NCBI GenBank assembly: GCA_030390025.1
Contig: CM059425.1
Location: 161,636,001 to 161,700,000, forward strand
Origin: Squalus acanthias
Lineage: Eukaryota
DNA length: 64,000 bases
Reading direction: 5' to 3'
The notes under the pieces were generated by a model. The model saw only the letters and a list, made by a program, of their open reading frames with translations, did not search any database and was not told the origin of the DNA. The translations under genes were made by a program, and so were the position numbers. Below are positions 48,310 to 61,209 of this stretch, in pieces (the first letter of the stretch is position 1; the number at the start of each line of letters is the position of its first letter).

Positions 48310-49970
48310 CTGGCAGTCTTTCCAAGCGTACTGTGCACGATTGCAGAGAGATTGGAGTCCGTCTCAAGCATGAGTGGCATGCTGTCGCAGGTCTTTGCGA
48401 TGATATCTTCTTCCATTGAAAGAGTGGCCAACTGCATGGAGCATCAAACATGGCAATCACACGAGTGCACGCAGGCCTTCAGCAATGGCTTGCACACTCT
48501 GAATGCCACCTTAAATAGGATGAATGATATCCTAACCATGGCCTTATTGCCTGACTGATCTGCAACAAAGTGTTCTCCAGCACATTGCTAGCAGGGAAGT
48601 GCGGTATGGCCATGAGTGGGATGATGGTGAAAAGGGACATGGAAGTAGGGACTTGGCTCAAAACGCTTCCACTTCTCACCCATTGCCCCCCAGCCAAAGT
48701 CAGTACCCGACATGCTGCCTCGTGTCCTGTTGGCCGAGTTTGCCCCTGCACAGGTGCAGGTGGAGCAGTCCTTGGCAGGGCTCTCATGGGCTCCAAAACC
48801 CAGAGGATGTCGGCCAAGAGCATCTCAGCAGTCAGAGCAGGGATCTGAGCAGCCTGCTTCTACCTCTGCTGAAGCCACAGCGGTTGCACCACATAGAAGC
48901 GCTAGGAAAAGGAAAAGTAAAGATTTGTAGTTGAACAAGGGTATGCACATGGGTGTGTTGCACATTGTTATAGTGTTAAATTTCTGTTGTCTATATGAAG
49001 CACATAAATATTATTCTTTTGCACCACTTTCCTGTCTTGTTCATTCTCGGTTGCTGGCTGGCAAGTAAGTGGCCTTTTCAGTTGTGTGGTGATGAATGGG
49101 AAGATATGAAATGACAGCGACCAATGCAGGGCTGTGAAAGGGATGCTTGGATGTTTGCAGGACTGCTTTGTGTTAGTGGTATCGGGGTGTGGGGCAGGCA
49201 AAAGTGGCTTTTGCCTGTGGTTGTTACATGGGTGCTCTGGTGGAACCTAAGTGAACCTTGCAATAATGAGGGCATCCTGGGCAGCAATGTGCGCCACTGG
49301 AGGTGCATTGCTTGCATCACCTTCCACCTCCTCGTCCTCGTCTTCCTCTTCTTCCTTATCTTCTTGCTCCTCCTCCTCCTCCTTGGAATCCTCCTAAGAG
49401 ATTCTGTGCTCTGCGCTGTGTAAGCAACATCCATGCTGGTTTGATAAATAATAGCTCAAAAGTGCAGATCAGACCTCCAAATCTCCAAAGTGTAGTTGAC
49501 GTCTCCAAAGTGTAGATGACACCTCCAAAGTGTTGAAGAAACTTCCAAAGTGTGTAGAGTAACTTCTCAGCACAAGTACTGTGAACAAACCCTTTCCCAC
49601 AAGCAGGTGAGAAAGCAGCTGTGAGTATTGAGTACCTATTGGCTTATTTCTCTGACATGGCTTCAGCCCCCTCAATTGCCACTGTGTTCTTGCCTTGCTT
49701 TCACTCGCGAGTTCGTGGAAGCCTGGGAAACCTGTGGACCCAAAGTTAAAGTAGAAAAACAATGTCAATATTGCTCAAATTGAGCGATTAACACATCTTA
49801 ATTGGCAACCCGCCTCTCCTGAGGGGGTTTTTCGCCGCCGCCTAATGCGCTGCAGTGAAATTTGGAAGTTGGTGGGTTGGAGCCAGCTTCCTGACACGCT
49901 GTCAATTTCGCTGGTTTAACCTCCCACACACACCCAAACCCACTCGAGCCTGCAGATTAAAATTCAGCCC
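48310..49970. mobile_element. Harbinger D remnant (Myb last exon + 48310-48930; transposase acidic tail - ~49250-49400; right TIR)
   Basis: EQPASTSAEAT...HRSARKRK parallels the Harbinger C Myb C-terminus; ends TTAAAATTCAGCCC. Confidence 0.7.
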
Positions 49971-49989
49971 TTTGACTCCATAATTCAAG

Positions 49990-50356
49990 ATCAAATTAGT
50001 AAGTATTTAGAAATGCATAGGCTTTTCAAGGAGAGCCAGCACAGATTTATTAAAGGGAAGGGTTTGACAAAATTTAATGTAGTTTCTTGAAAAAGTGATT
50101 GATTGAGTAGATAAACGGATGCAGTGAATATGGTTTATTTGGATTTTCAGAAGGCATTTGATAAGGTGTTGCACAAGAGGCCTGTTAGAAAATTTCACAC
50201 GTATGGTATAACAGGAAATGTAGCAGCTTTGCTAGAAAGTTGGTTGATGGATAGGAAAAAAAGTTAAGAGTAAATGGGTGTTATTTCGTACTGGAGAAGG
50301 ATTGGAAATGGTGCACCCCAGTGGTTTCATGCTGGGACCAATTTGGATGAAGATAC
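49990..50356 (+). pseudogene. Old CR1 RT fragment
   Basis: Remnants SQHRFIKG, VYLDFQKAFDKV.HKR, GNGAPQ. Confidence 0.8.
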
Positions 50357-50359
50357 ATT

Positions 50360-51124
50360 GGCCCGAAAATTAGACCTAATGCGGGAGAGTACGCACTGTG
50401 TACTCTCGCGTATTAGATCCCAAAGTGCTGGTTTCCTGCATGCACTGCGCATGCGCGGGAAACCGGCACTTCGGGTATTGCGAAGGGGGCGGTTCCTAAG
50501 TGAACCGCGTGCGCGCTACAGGTTGTGCGCACGCAGCGCACTTAGTTTTTTTTTCAGGTTTGAACGCGCAGGTAAGTGTTGAACATTTTGCACATAAAGA
50601 AAGCAGGCGTAAGACCCCCTTTTAACAAGGTAAGTAGTTAATTAAGTATTATTTTAATTTTTTTTCAACAGGTTTATCTTTTTTAGAGACTTTAAAGAAA
50701 GGTAAGTTTATTTTTATAACTTTTAAAAAGAATATAAATTTTTTCAAAAATTAAAATTTTTGTTTAAAGTGGTTAATTTATTTAACTATAGTTATTTTAT
50801 TAATGTGATGGCTTTTAAAAAAAATTAATTGAGGTTTTGCTGTTCTTTTGGGGGCTTGTTGTATTCATAGTTTTGACAGAACTTGCTGTCAAAACTATGA
50901 ATGAAAGATGGTGTGCTGCCATTGGCTCTAACTGGCCCACGTGATCCCAGAAGTCGCATCGAATTAACTGAGCCTCTGGGACATGCACACACTGCACGCC
51001 GGCACCAGGGAGAGGCCCAGGAACTGAAGTTCGTGTGGGCCAAAACCATAAAGGTAGGCGCGGAGTGCGATATCGCGGGGGATCCTTACCCCCGCGGCAA
51101 CCATCGAACTCCAATTTCTGGGCC
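50360..51124 (-). mobile_element. Harbinger-type MITE (inverted copy of the 7998/63426 family)
   Basis: TIRs GGCCCGAAAATT / AATTTCTGGGCC; perfect TSD ATT. Confidence 0.9.
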
Positions 51125-51588
51125 ATTGTAAATTACCCCCCTGATCATCACATCAGCCTATACATTTCATCAGTGTTGCTATATTGGGGAGTTTCGTGGC
51201 CGCTTTCTGAATTTTCTCCAGGGCATCATCCACATGCCATGACACATATAAGTGGATTACACCATCGAGGAAGTAAACTTGATATTACATAAATCAGGAA
51301 TGTTTCAGCACGTTCTCTCCCTGCATAATTGAATGAGTCAATTGGAATCAAAGAATTACTAGACTACAAAAAACAGGGTGCTATTGGCAATGGCCGAGAG
51401 TCAGGGGGACAGATGCAAATTTTAGGTCCCCAAAAGCTGGAGCACTAAATTTCTCTCCTGGTGCTGGCATGGACAGGAAGGGGCTTAGTTTGAAACTAAA
51501 ACCCCAGTTATCAGTTTCTTGCCAACAAACAGTCCTGTATGTTATAAATATCAGGTCAGCCCTCCAAAGATAGTTCCCTCCACACTAT

Positions 51589-52459
51589 GGCCGTGATTTT
51601 TCGGTTTGAGGCGGCTTGGGTGTGGGACAGCTGCCTTCCGGGTTCCAGTCCCACCCCCAACGACATCAGATGCAGAAACATGATTTTGCATCAATTGGCC
51701 TTGTTAAGCCCGCCCTGCGGGCTTGTCGGCCAATTAAGAGGAAGCCGGTGTCAGATGACGTCAGTTGATGACGTGTCATCTGCTGGTTTTCTTAAAGGGG
51801 CCACGCACATTTTTTTTTGACAGCTGATTTCTCAGTGTTTGACAGCATTGAGGTGCTGCAAACACTGACAATCACTGTACAAAGGTGAGCTCTTGCACCC
51901 AGGCTCTCCAGTGACTCCCTCCTTAGGCTAGAACAGATGGCAGCTGCAGGTGAGGTTACAGAAGCGATCTGTCACCGGTGAGAGAGGTTCTCCCAATGAG
52001 GTGGGACTACACATACAAATTAAAACTTGTTACCTACAGAAAAATGTAAATGCATTAAAAATGATTTTCCCAACATTATCTTACCTCTGAAACTCACCAG
52101 TGCACCATTGGATCCTTCACACCACTTCTGCAGCTGTCATCAATGCAGAAACATTACAGTAGACCCACAGCACGCCACACTTACCTGGTGTGGTGTCCGG
52201 ACGTTGGGAAGCCCACAGTAGAACTGTCAAAATTGCAAAAAGCCTCTTAACTGCCTGTTAACAACCTGTTAACAAGCAGTTAATTGGCTATAATCCTCTT
52301 CCTGCCGCTAGGTGTCGGGTGCAAATCGGGGACCCGACACTTGGGAAGATTAATTGGAGGCAGGTTGACAGCGGGTTTCCGACCCGCTGTCAATCTTTGC
52401 GATTTTGCCGGATGTCTCGCCTCCAAACCCGCCCCCTGAGCGCCGGCAAAATTCCGGCC
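51589..52459. mobile_element. Harbinger MITE related to Harbinger C ends
   Basis: TIRs GGCCGTGATTTT / AAAATTCCGGCC; TSD TAT; subterminal CCTCCAAACCCGCCCCCTGAG..CCGGCAAAAT shared with 44626-44660. Confidence 0.88.
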
Positions 52460-52590
52460 TATATCTCCACTAGCTAGTAATGTTGTAAGAGAGCCCATTC
52501 GCTTCTCATACAACTTTGTGTTGAAAACAATAGTGGCATTTTAGCCTTCCAAATAGGTTAATAATTGCATTAGCAATTTATTCGAGAAAG

Positions 52591-55500
52591 CATAGAAACA
52601 TAGAAGATAGGAGCAGGAGAAGGCCATTCGGCCCCTTGAGCCTGCTCCGCCATTTAATGAGATCATGGCTGATCATCCAAATTCAGTACCCTGTCCCTGC
52701 TTTCTCCCCATATCCCTTGATCCCTTTAGCCTTAAGAAATATATCTAACTCCTTCTTGAATATATTTAATGAATTGGCCTCAACTGCCTTCTGTGGTAGA
52801 GAATTCCACAGGTTCACCACTCTCTGGGTGAAGAAATTCTCCTCATCTCAGTCCTAAATGGCTTACCCCTTATCCTTAGACTGTGACCCCTGGTTCTGGA
52901 CTCCCCCGCCATCGGGAACATCCTTCCTGCATCAAGTCTGTCTAGTCCTGTTAGAATTTTATATGTTTCAATGAGATCCCCTCTCATTCTTCTATACTCT
53001 AGCGAATACAAGCCCAATCGTCCCAATCTCTCTTCATACGTCATTCCTGCCATCCCAGGTATCAGTCTGGTGAATCTTCGCTGCACTCCCTCCATGGCAA
53101 AAACATCCTTCCTCAGATAAGGCGACCAAAACTGCACACAATACTCAAGGTGTGGTCTCACCAAGGCCCTGTACAACTGCAGCAAGACATCCTTGCTCCT
53201 GCACTCGAATCCTCTCGCTACGAAGGCCAACATACCATTTGCCTTCTTAACCGCCTGCTGCACCTGCATGCTTACCTTCAACGATTGGTGCACAAGGACT
53301 CCCAGGTCTCGTTGCACTTCCCCTTTTCCCAATCTATTGCCGTTCAGATAATAATCTGCCTTCCTTTTTGCCACCAAAGTGGATAACCTTGCATTTATCC
53401 ACATTATACTGCATCTGCCATGCATCTGCCCAATCACTCAACTTGTCCAAATCATACTGGAGTTTCTCTGCATCCTCCTCACAACACACACGCCCACCCA
53501 GCTTTGTGTCGTCTGCAAACTTGGAGATATTACATCTAGTTCCCTCGTCTAGATCATTACTATATATTGTGAATAACTGGGGTCCTAGCACCGATCCCTG
53601 CGGTACCCCACTAGTCACTGCCTGCCACTCGGAAAAAGACCCGTTTATTCCAACTCTTTGCTGCCTGTCTGCCAACCAGTTCTCTGTCCAAGTCAGTACC
53701 TTAGCCCCAATCCCATGTGCTTTAACTTTGCACGCCAATCTCTTATGCGGGACCTTATCGAAAGCCTTCTGAAAGTCCAAATACACCACATCCACTGGTT
53801 CTCCCTTATCTATTCTACCAGTTACATCCTCAAAAGATTCCAGTAGATTAGTCAAGCATGATTTACCTTTTGTAAATCCATGTTGACTTTGTCCGATCCT
53901 GTCACTGTTTTCCAAGTGCTCTGCTATTACATCTTTTATAATGGACTCTAGCATTTTCCCCACTACCGATGTCAGGCTTACCGGTCTATAATTCCCCGTT
54001 TTCTCTCTCCCACCTTTTTTAAATAGTGGGGTTACATTAGCTACCCTCCAATCCATGGGAACTGTTCCAGAGTCTATAGAATTTTTGAAGATGACCAGCA
54101 ATGCATCTACTATTTCTAGGGCCACTTCCTTAAGTACCCTAGGATGTAGATTATCAGGCCCTGGGGATTTATCGGCCTTCAATCCCGTCAATTTCCCTAA
54201 CACCATTTCCCTACAAATACTGATTTCATTCAATTCCTCCCTCTCATTAGACCCTATGTTCCCCGACATCTCTGGGAGTTTATTTGTGTCCTCCTTTGTG
54301 AAGACAGAACCAAAGTATGTATTTAATTGGTGCCATTTCTTTGTTCCCCATTATAAATTCCCCTGATTCTGACTGCAAGGGACATACGCTTGACTTCACC
54401 AATCTTTTTCTCTTCACATATCTATAGAAGCTTTTGCAGTAAGTTTTTATGTTCCCTGAGGCTTACTCTCACACTCTATTTTCCCCCTCTTAATTAATCC
54501 CTTTGTCCTCCTTTGCTGAATCCTAAACTGCTCCCTATCCTCAGGTTTGCTGCTTTTTCTGGCCAATTTATATGTCCTCTCCTTGGATCTTATGCGATCC
54601 CTAATTTCCCTTGTTAGCCACGGTTGAGTCACCTTTTTTGTTTTATTTTTATGCCAAACAGGGATGAACAAATTCTGTAGTTCATCCATGCGATCTTTAA
54701 TTGTTTGCCATTGCCTATCCACCGTCAACCCTTGAAGTAACGTTCCCCAATCCATCCTAGCCAATTCGTGCCTCATACCATTGTAGTTTCCTTTATTTAA
54801 ATTCAGGACCCTAGTCTCTGAGTCAACTACTTCACTCTCCATCTTAATGAAGAATTCTATCATATTATGATCGCTCCTCCCCAAGGGGCCTCGCACAATA
54901 AGATTGCTAATTAATCCTTTCTCATTACATAATAACCAGTCTAAGATGGCCTGATCTCTAGTTGGTTCCTCGATATATTGGTCCAGAAAACTATCGTGTA
55001 TACACTCTAGGAATTCCTCCTCCACAGTATTGTTACTAATTTGGTTAGCCCAATCTATATGTAGATTAAAGTCACCCATGATAACTGCTGTGCCCTTATT
55101 GCACGCGTCTCTAATTTCCCGTTTAATGCCATCCCCAACCTCAGCATTACTGTTTGGGGGTCTGTATACAACTCCCACTAACGTTTTCTGCCCCTTGGTA
55201 TTTCTCAGCTCTACCCATACAGATTCCACATCATCAGAGCTAATATCCTTCCTTACTATTGTGTTAATCTCCTCTTTAACCAGCAATGCTACCCCACCTC
55301 CTTTTCCTTTTTGCCTGTCCCTCCTGAATATTGAATACTCCTGGATGTTGAATTCCCAGCCTTGGTCACCTTGGAGCCACGTCTCTGTAATCCCAATTAT
55401 ATCATATCCATTTACATCTATTTGCACAGCCAATTCATCCACTTTATTACGAATGCTCCTCGCATTAAGACATAAAGCCTTCAGGCTTGTTTTATTAACA

Positions 55501-57117
55501 CTCTTAGTCCTTTTAGAATTATTATTTACTGTGGCCATGTTTGATTTACACCCTTGATTTCTCTGACTGCCACTTTTGCTTTTCTCCTTCCTGTCTTTTG
55601 CTTCTATCCTTGCTTCCCTTTCCTCTATCTCCCTGCACAGGTTCCCAACCCCCTGCCATTTTAGTTTAAACCCTCCCCAACAGCACTAGCACACACTCCC
55701 CCTAGGACATCAGTCCCGGTCCTGCCCAGGTGCAAACCGTCCAGTTTGGACTGGTCCCACCTCCCCCAGAACCGGTTCCAATGTCCCAGGAATTTGAATC
55801 CCTCCCCCTTGCACCATTCCTCTAGCCACGTATTCATCTGAAATATCCTTCTATTTCTACTCTGACTAGCACGTGGCACTGGTAGCAATCCTGAGATTAC
55901 TACCTTTGAGGTCCTATTTTTTAATTTACCTCCTAACTCCCTATATTCAGCTTTTAGGACCTCATCCCGGTTTTTACCTATATCGTTGGTACCTATATGC
56001 ACCACGACAACTGGCTGTTCACCCTCCCTCTCCAGAATGCCCTGCAGCCGCTCCGAGACATCCTTGACCCTTGCACCAGGGAGGCAACATACCATCCTGG
56101 AGTCTCGTTTGCGGCCGCAGAAACGCCTATCTATTCCCCTTACAATAGAATCCCCTATCACTATAGCTCTCCCGCTCTTTTTCCTCCCGTCCTGTGCAGC
56201 AGAACCACCCATGGTGCCAGGAAGTTGGCTGCTGCTGCCTTCCCCCGATAAGACATCTCCCTCAACAATATCCAAAGCGGTATATCTGTTTGAGAGGGGG
56301 ATGGCCACAGGGGACCCCTGAACTACCTGCCTGCACCTACTACTCTTCCTGGCGGTCACCCATTCCCTTCCTGCCTGTGCAGCCTTTACCTGCGGTGTGA
56401 CCAACTGATGAAACGTGCTATCCACGACGTCCTCAGCATCGCGAATGCTCCAGTATGTATCCATTCGCAGCTCCAGTGCCACAATGCGGTCTGCCAGTAG
56501 CTGCAGCTGGATACACTTCCCGCACACACGGTCGTCCGGGACACAGGAAGTGTCCCTGATTTCCCACATAGTGCAGGAGGAGCATACCACGGGGCCGAGC
56601 TGTGCTGCCATGACTTACCATTTAATTAATTTAAATTTAATTAAATCAAATCAATGCCACTAATTACATTACAATTAAATGATATACTCAAGGGCCCTTG
56701 TTTACTACACAACAGAGACCTTAGAAAGTATAACCACAAAAATTAAGACCTTCTAAACTTTATAAACTATTAACCTTAACTGTCAAACTATAGAGTAGTA
56801 TAAATACTCACCTGGCCGTACTCACCCAATCAGCTGCTTCCTCTTGCCCGCGTCACTTTTTGAATCGTGGCGTGGCTCTGGAACGCCGCCGCCGGTCTGC
56901 GAGATTGACCGGCCTTTGAAAAAAAGCCCACGAAAGTAAGTTTAAATACTCACTGTACTCTCCTGCTGCTCCCGACACCGGCCTCTTTCTACAGGGTGAA
57001 AAGTTAGGAAAAACAAAGGGGAAGCAAGGGAGCTCCTCCTTCCACTCCTCACCTAACTCCGACTCACCCAACTCACAGCACTCTGCTGAAACTGCACTCA
57101 GTGCAAAATCGCACTTC
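52591..57117 (-). mobile_element. Full-length CR1 LINE
   Basis: (CATAGAAA)n tail on + strand; ORF2 pieces 55538-54447 (APE), 54269-53334 (RT) and 53437-52814; intact ORF1; ~500-bp 5' UTR. Confidence 0.95.
55661..56611 (-). CDS. CR1 ORF1p, zinc finger/coiled coil plus SGNH esterase, 316 aa, intact
   Basis: CSSC...CGKC; IGDS, CLPGA, IGTND and DGLH blocks all present; ATG to TAA uninterrupted. Confidence 0.88.
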   Translation of the reverse strand: MAAQLGPVVCSSCTMWEIRDTSCVPDDRVCGKCIQLQLLADRIVALELRMDTYWSIRDAEDVVDSTFHQLVTPQVKAAQAGREWVTARKSSRCRQVVQGSPVAIPLSNRYTALDIVEGDVLSGEGSSSQLPGTMGGSAAQDGRKKSGRAIVIGDSIVRGIDRRFCGRKRDSRMVCCLPGARVKDVSERLQGILEREGEQPVVVVHIGTNDIGKNRDEVLKAEYRELGGKLKNRTSKVVISGLLPVPRASQSRNRRIFQMNTWLEEWCKGEGFKFLGHWNRFWGRWDQSKLDGLHLGRTGTDVLGGVCASAVGEGLN

Positions 57118-60100
57118 AAAGCCCATTATTATCCTGTCCTAGAGAATAAATGTGAATGCGTCACCGCCATTTTGAAGTACTCTGGTCAGGGTCTTCCATT
57201 TCTGTGCTCATCAGCCTGCAGTTTTCTACTCATTAAAGTGGATGGGTGCAAAATTGTGGGCTGGTGTGTGCAGAAACGGTTTCTTAAAATGTACATTAAA
57301 ATAATGTCAATAAAAAAATTTAGGCTTACATCATTAGCACAATATTCTCACCTATGCTGCATAATGCACATGCAAAAAGATGGAAAAGATAGGGCATCTG
57401 CAGATGTACCCTCCTGATAGCCTAGGGTGAGTGAGTACATGCTCAAGCTTGTTATTGTCCCAGGAATAGACAGTATAAATAAGATAATAGTTTTTTTTTA
57501 AACTGAATACAAGTTATGCATTCTCTATGATCTCTGTGGGTGGAACTCAGATGTAGCAGGATGTTTTGTTTTGTAGAAAATAAACAAATCTTTATATAAT
57601 ATTCATGCCATTACAAGGAATATGGAAGTGCTGATTTTGTTAAAAACATTTCTTTTGTAATCTTCGCCAGTGATTTTAGCAATGCAATAGCATAACATTA
57701 AATTTTAGCTTAATGCTTTAAACTCTTGCGCACTAAATATTCTTAATGTTATAATTCTGTATACAGTGTGTATCTATTTCTGATTATTATAAAGTGGAAT
57801 CAGAGAAATATAGAACAACAGATAATTTCTTAATTTGAAGTGGTATGTGAACATCTTAAACAGATATGGACCTAGAAATTCGTGAGGGCCTATTTTTGGG
57901 TATGTGGGAGACACAGGGACTTGTCCCTGTGCCTGAATGGATAGGTCCGAGACACACCCGATGTTGGGCTGTGGGTCTCATTATCATCGAGCTGGTGAGC
58001 TGCAGATACCTAATAGGTGTCCCAAGGTAGTTGACTGGCAAAGAAGAATGGAAGATCGGGCTGCTGCGACGCCAGCAGCGGCCCTCAGGTAAGTAAAGGA
58101 GACCGTGAAGGGGGGGCGATCGTGAAGGGAAGTGATCGGGAAGTGGGGTGACCGGGAAGGTAGGGTAGGTGATTGGGTTGGGAGGTTAAGTGATTGAGAG
58201 GGAGGGTAGCGGCGGCAATTCGGGGAGGGTGTAGCAATGCGATTGGGGGTGGGGGGAGTTGGAAACGGTGCCGGCTATGGCCAACGTGCTTTTAATGTGG
58301 AGTTGGGAGCAGTTCCTCCCAGCTCCATATTCAGGTAAGTATATTTTGTGCCCACTATTTCCACTGTGATCCCAGGCTGTCCTATCATCCTGCTCCACTG
58401 ATGTATACCCATTAATGACAGAAAACTCCTCTGTAGTATACAGTTTGGTTACTTCTGTTTTTATACATGAAAATCTTCCTTTTTCATAAACTCACCAATA
58501 CCAAGTTATTTTTGGATTTGACTGTAATTTCAGAAAGCTGTATAATTTCATCATTAATGACTTATTGAGGCCTCAATAGACAGAAATGAGCTTTTTTCTC
58601 ACATTTCGTTGTTTGAAAGTGTTGAAATCCTGAGAGCAGCAGTAAACGCAGAGCTACAGTAGCAAAAACAAGAATGTTGTGCCATTGTGATTGTACCACT
58701 CACAGTTTGACAGGTTAAATTAATTTCAAGCAGAGTTGTGTGCTCCTGCTGCTCTGCCAAGGCTGCCATTTTCAATATGAGCAGGCTGATCAGACTGCAG
58801 GTGTGTGTTCCTGTTGTCTACAGCCTCACCTTATATTACAGACATCCCACAAGACAGTGACAAAGGCAACAGACTGTCACATCTGTTACTATAGATCAAG
58901 GTCTGCTGGAGGAACTCTAATAAAAATAAGCAGAACACATTATTTTCAAGCCTTTGTATGATGCCTACGTGCATTATAAAAAAACCTCAAGAAAGTATAC
59001 TACTCCTTTAAAAGTACACAAGCAAATTCTAATATCAAAGTGCACAGTGATTTATTATATAGATATTAAAAGGAGTACAGTAACTGCCCTCACCCAACAT
59101 CCAGAAACATGCATTTCCAGCAGGGGCCACTGGATAGTGATCAGGAGCAGGAACGTTGGCTGATGTTTCCTTCCCAGCAGGGCTGAGGCCAAGTCTAAAG
59201 CCCCTGCTGCCTTGTTGGCAAAGATCAGTGAACTCAACATAAACTTTGTGTAAACTGGGGACATTCTTGTTCTGTATGGTTCAGCTGTGCACTGGATGAA
59301 CTCTTTAAGCTATCAGAGGGGCTAATAGAAATAATGTAATTCTAACCCACCACAACGAAGTATCAAGTCTTTAATAATGTATAATAATCCAACTAATTTC
59401 TTCAGAAATGCAATGTAAATCCAAATTAACACATTAGACTACATGCTTTTATATCACAGCTATTAGACAGTAACTTCCACAGAATATAAGATATATTTAA
59501 TTATGAATATTACTGTTCATGTTTTTCTATTGCTTCAGACTTTTTAATAAAACATTTAAAAATTCAACTGACTGGAAAACAATAATTGCAAAGTTGAACT
59601 ATTTACATGTAACAAGGTTTTTCATTAACCTTATTTTGTTGCTACCCTAAGTTTCTTTGTCCTTGCTAAAATACATCTTTTGTAGGTGGTCTATCATATC
59701 CTTTTCTTTGGCTTCAAGAGTTGCGTCAGCTTGCAATTCCCATCTGGAAGATATAATCAAGCAATGTTTATAGCAGATTAACAGTAGTTCTTAATGCACT
59801 TAAATATAACCTAAAGCAAAAAAGTATTTATATATTTGTTAAAAATGCTTTAAAATTTAAGTAAACTGCTTCTCACCAGGCTAATATCAGCAAAACTAAG
59901 TTATTGTTTACCAGCATCAAAAAGATTAACATTGAATCTACCTACATATACTATTAAAAAGTTAGTTGCTTTTCACATCCGTTCCTTTTTGGTGCACTGA
60001 TTGGTCCATAGGAACCACATGACCACTAAATCTAAACTCTCACTGGTCACAAGTGCCTTCTACTGACTGACAGCTGAGTGCTTGGACAGTAGTCAATCAG

Positions 60101-60164
60101 ATTTGAAATTATCTAAGGATTCAATGTGACTGTAGCATAATATTGCCCTTGGACCGGAGAAGTA

Positions 60165-60773
60165 GGGGGGAATTTTAATCCACCCTCACCCCCACCCAAG
60201 ATGGGCAGGAGACGTTTGGCGGGGGCGGGGGCGCAGTTAAATTGTTAAAAATGTGAAATCCGACCCAAACTCGCCGTGAATGCGCCTACTTCCGGTTAAT
60301 GTTAATAAAGCTACTTCCCTGATATTTTGGCAGCCATTCAAATTTAACAGCTGCGAGCTGGGTACCCCCCGTGATCTACAGATACCCCTCCGTGATCACC
60401 AAACCGACCCCCCCCCCCATGATTGCCAGACTGACCCCTGCGATCTCCAGACCGAACCGCCACGAGATCTTTCCCCCTGCGATTTCTCCCACCAACCCCT
60501 ATGATCTCTCTTTCCATTCTTCCTCACTGCCACACTCCCAGCCCCCATCCACTGAGCCCCAATCTTCCTGATGGCTGGGGACCGTCCACCGCAGGCTTTC
60601 CTGCCCAGAAGCTGGGCAGCCTCGCAATCTGGCCGGCTGCTGGGTGGGAAACAGGGTAAAAAATGTCTAATAAGGTCCTGCCGTTAAATTCAGCAGGGCC
60701 TCTGCGTTCCCGGCATTCCCGGGTTTCCCAGCCGCTGATGCGCCCCGATTCCCTCACTGTAAATATCGGGGCC
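60165..60773. mobile_element. Probable MITE with internal degenerate CGATCT/C-rich repeats
   Basis: Starts GGGGGGAATTTTAA, ends TAAATATCGGGGCC like the element ending at 591; weak TIR match. Confidence 0.4.
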
Positions 60774-60855
60774 ATAGTTTCCAGCTGCAAACTGGCTCTT
60801 TCCATCTCAGGCATTGCTGGCTGGTTCCCTCCACCTCAGCATATCAAAACATAGA

Positions 60856-61200
60856 GGCCGGAATTTTACTGGCGCTCAGAGTGCGGGTTTGGAGGCAGGT
60901 CCGCTGTCAAAATCACAAAGACTGACAGCGGGTCGGTATCCCGCTGTAAACCCGCCTCCTTGTCAGTTTCCCAAGTGTTGGGTCTGTTATCCCTGAACAG
61001 ACCTGACACCAAGCGGCAGGTCAGCCAATTTAATTGTTAAAAGCTTATTAAAAGGTAGTTAAGAACCATTTTCTCATGTATTTACCATTTTACCAGGTTT
61101 TCAACGAGCTTCCAGGAGAGCGGGTATCACGTCAGGTAAGTGTGTTGTGTTCTCAATGACTGTGGATTGCTGCAAATAGGTGACAGCTGCAAAAGTGGTA
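60856..61200. mobile_element. Harbinger MITE end (reverse complement of 52260-52459), cut by CR1
   Basis: GGCCGGAATTTTACTGGCGCTCAG...GGGTTTGGAGGC. Confidence 0.8.
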
Positions 61201-61209
61201 TAAAAGTTT

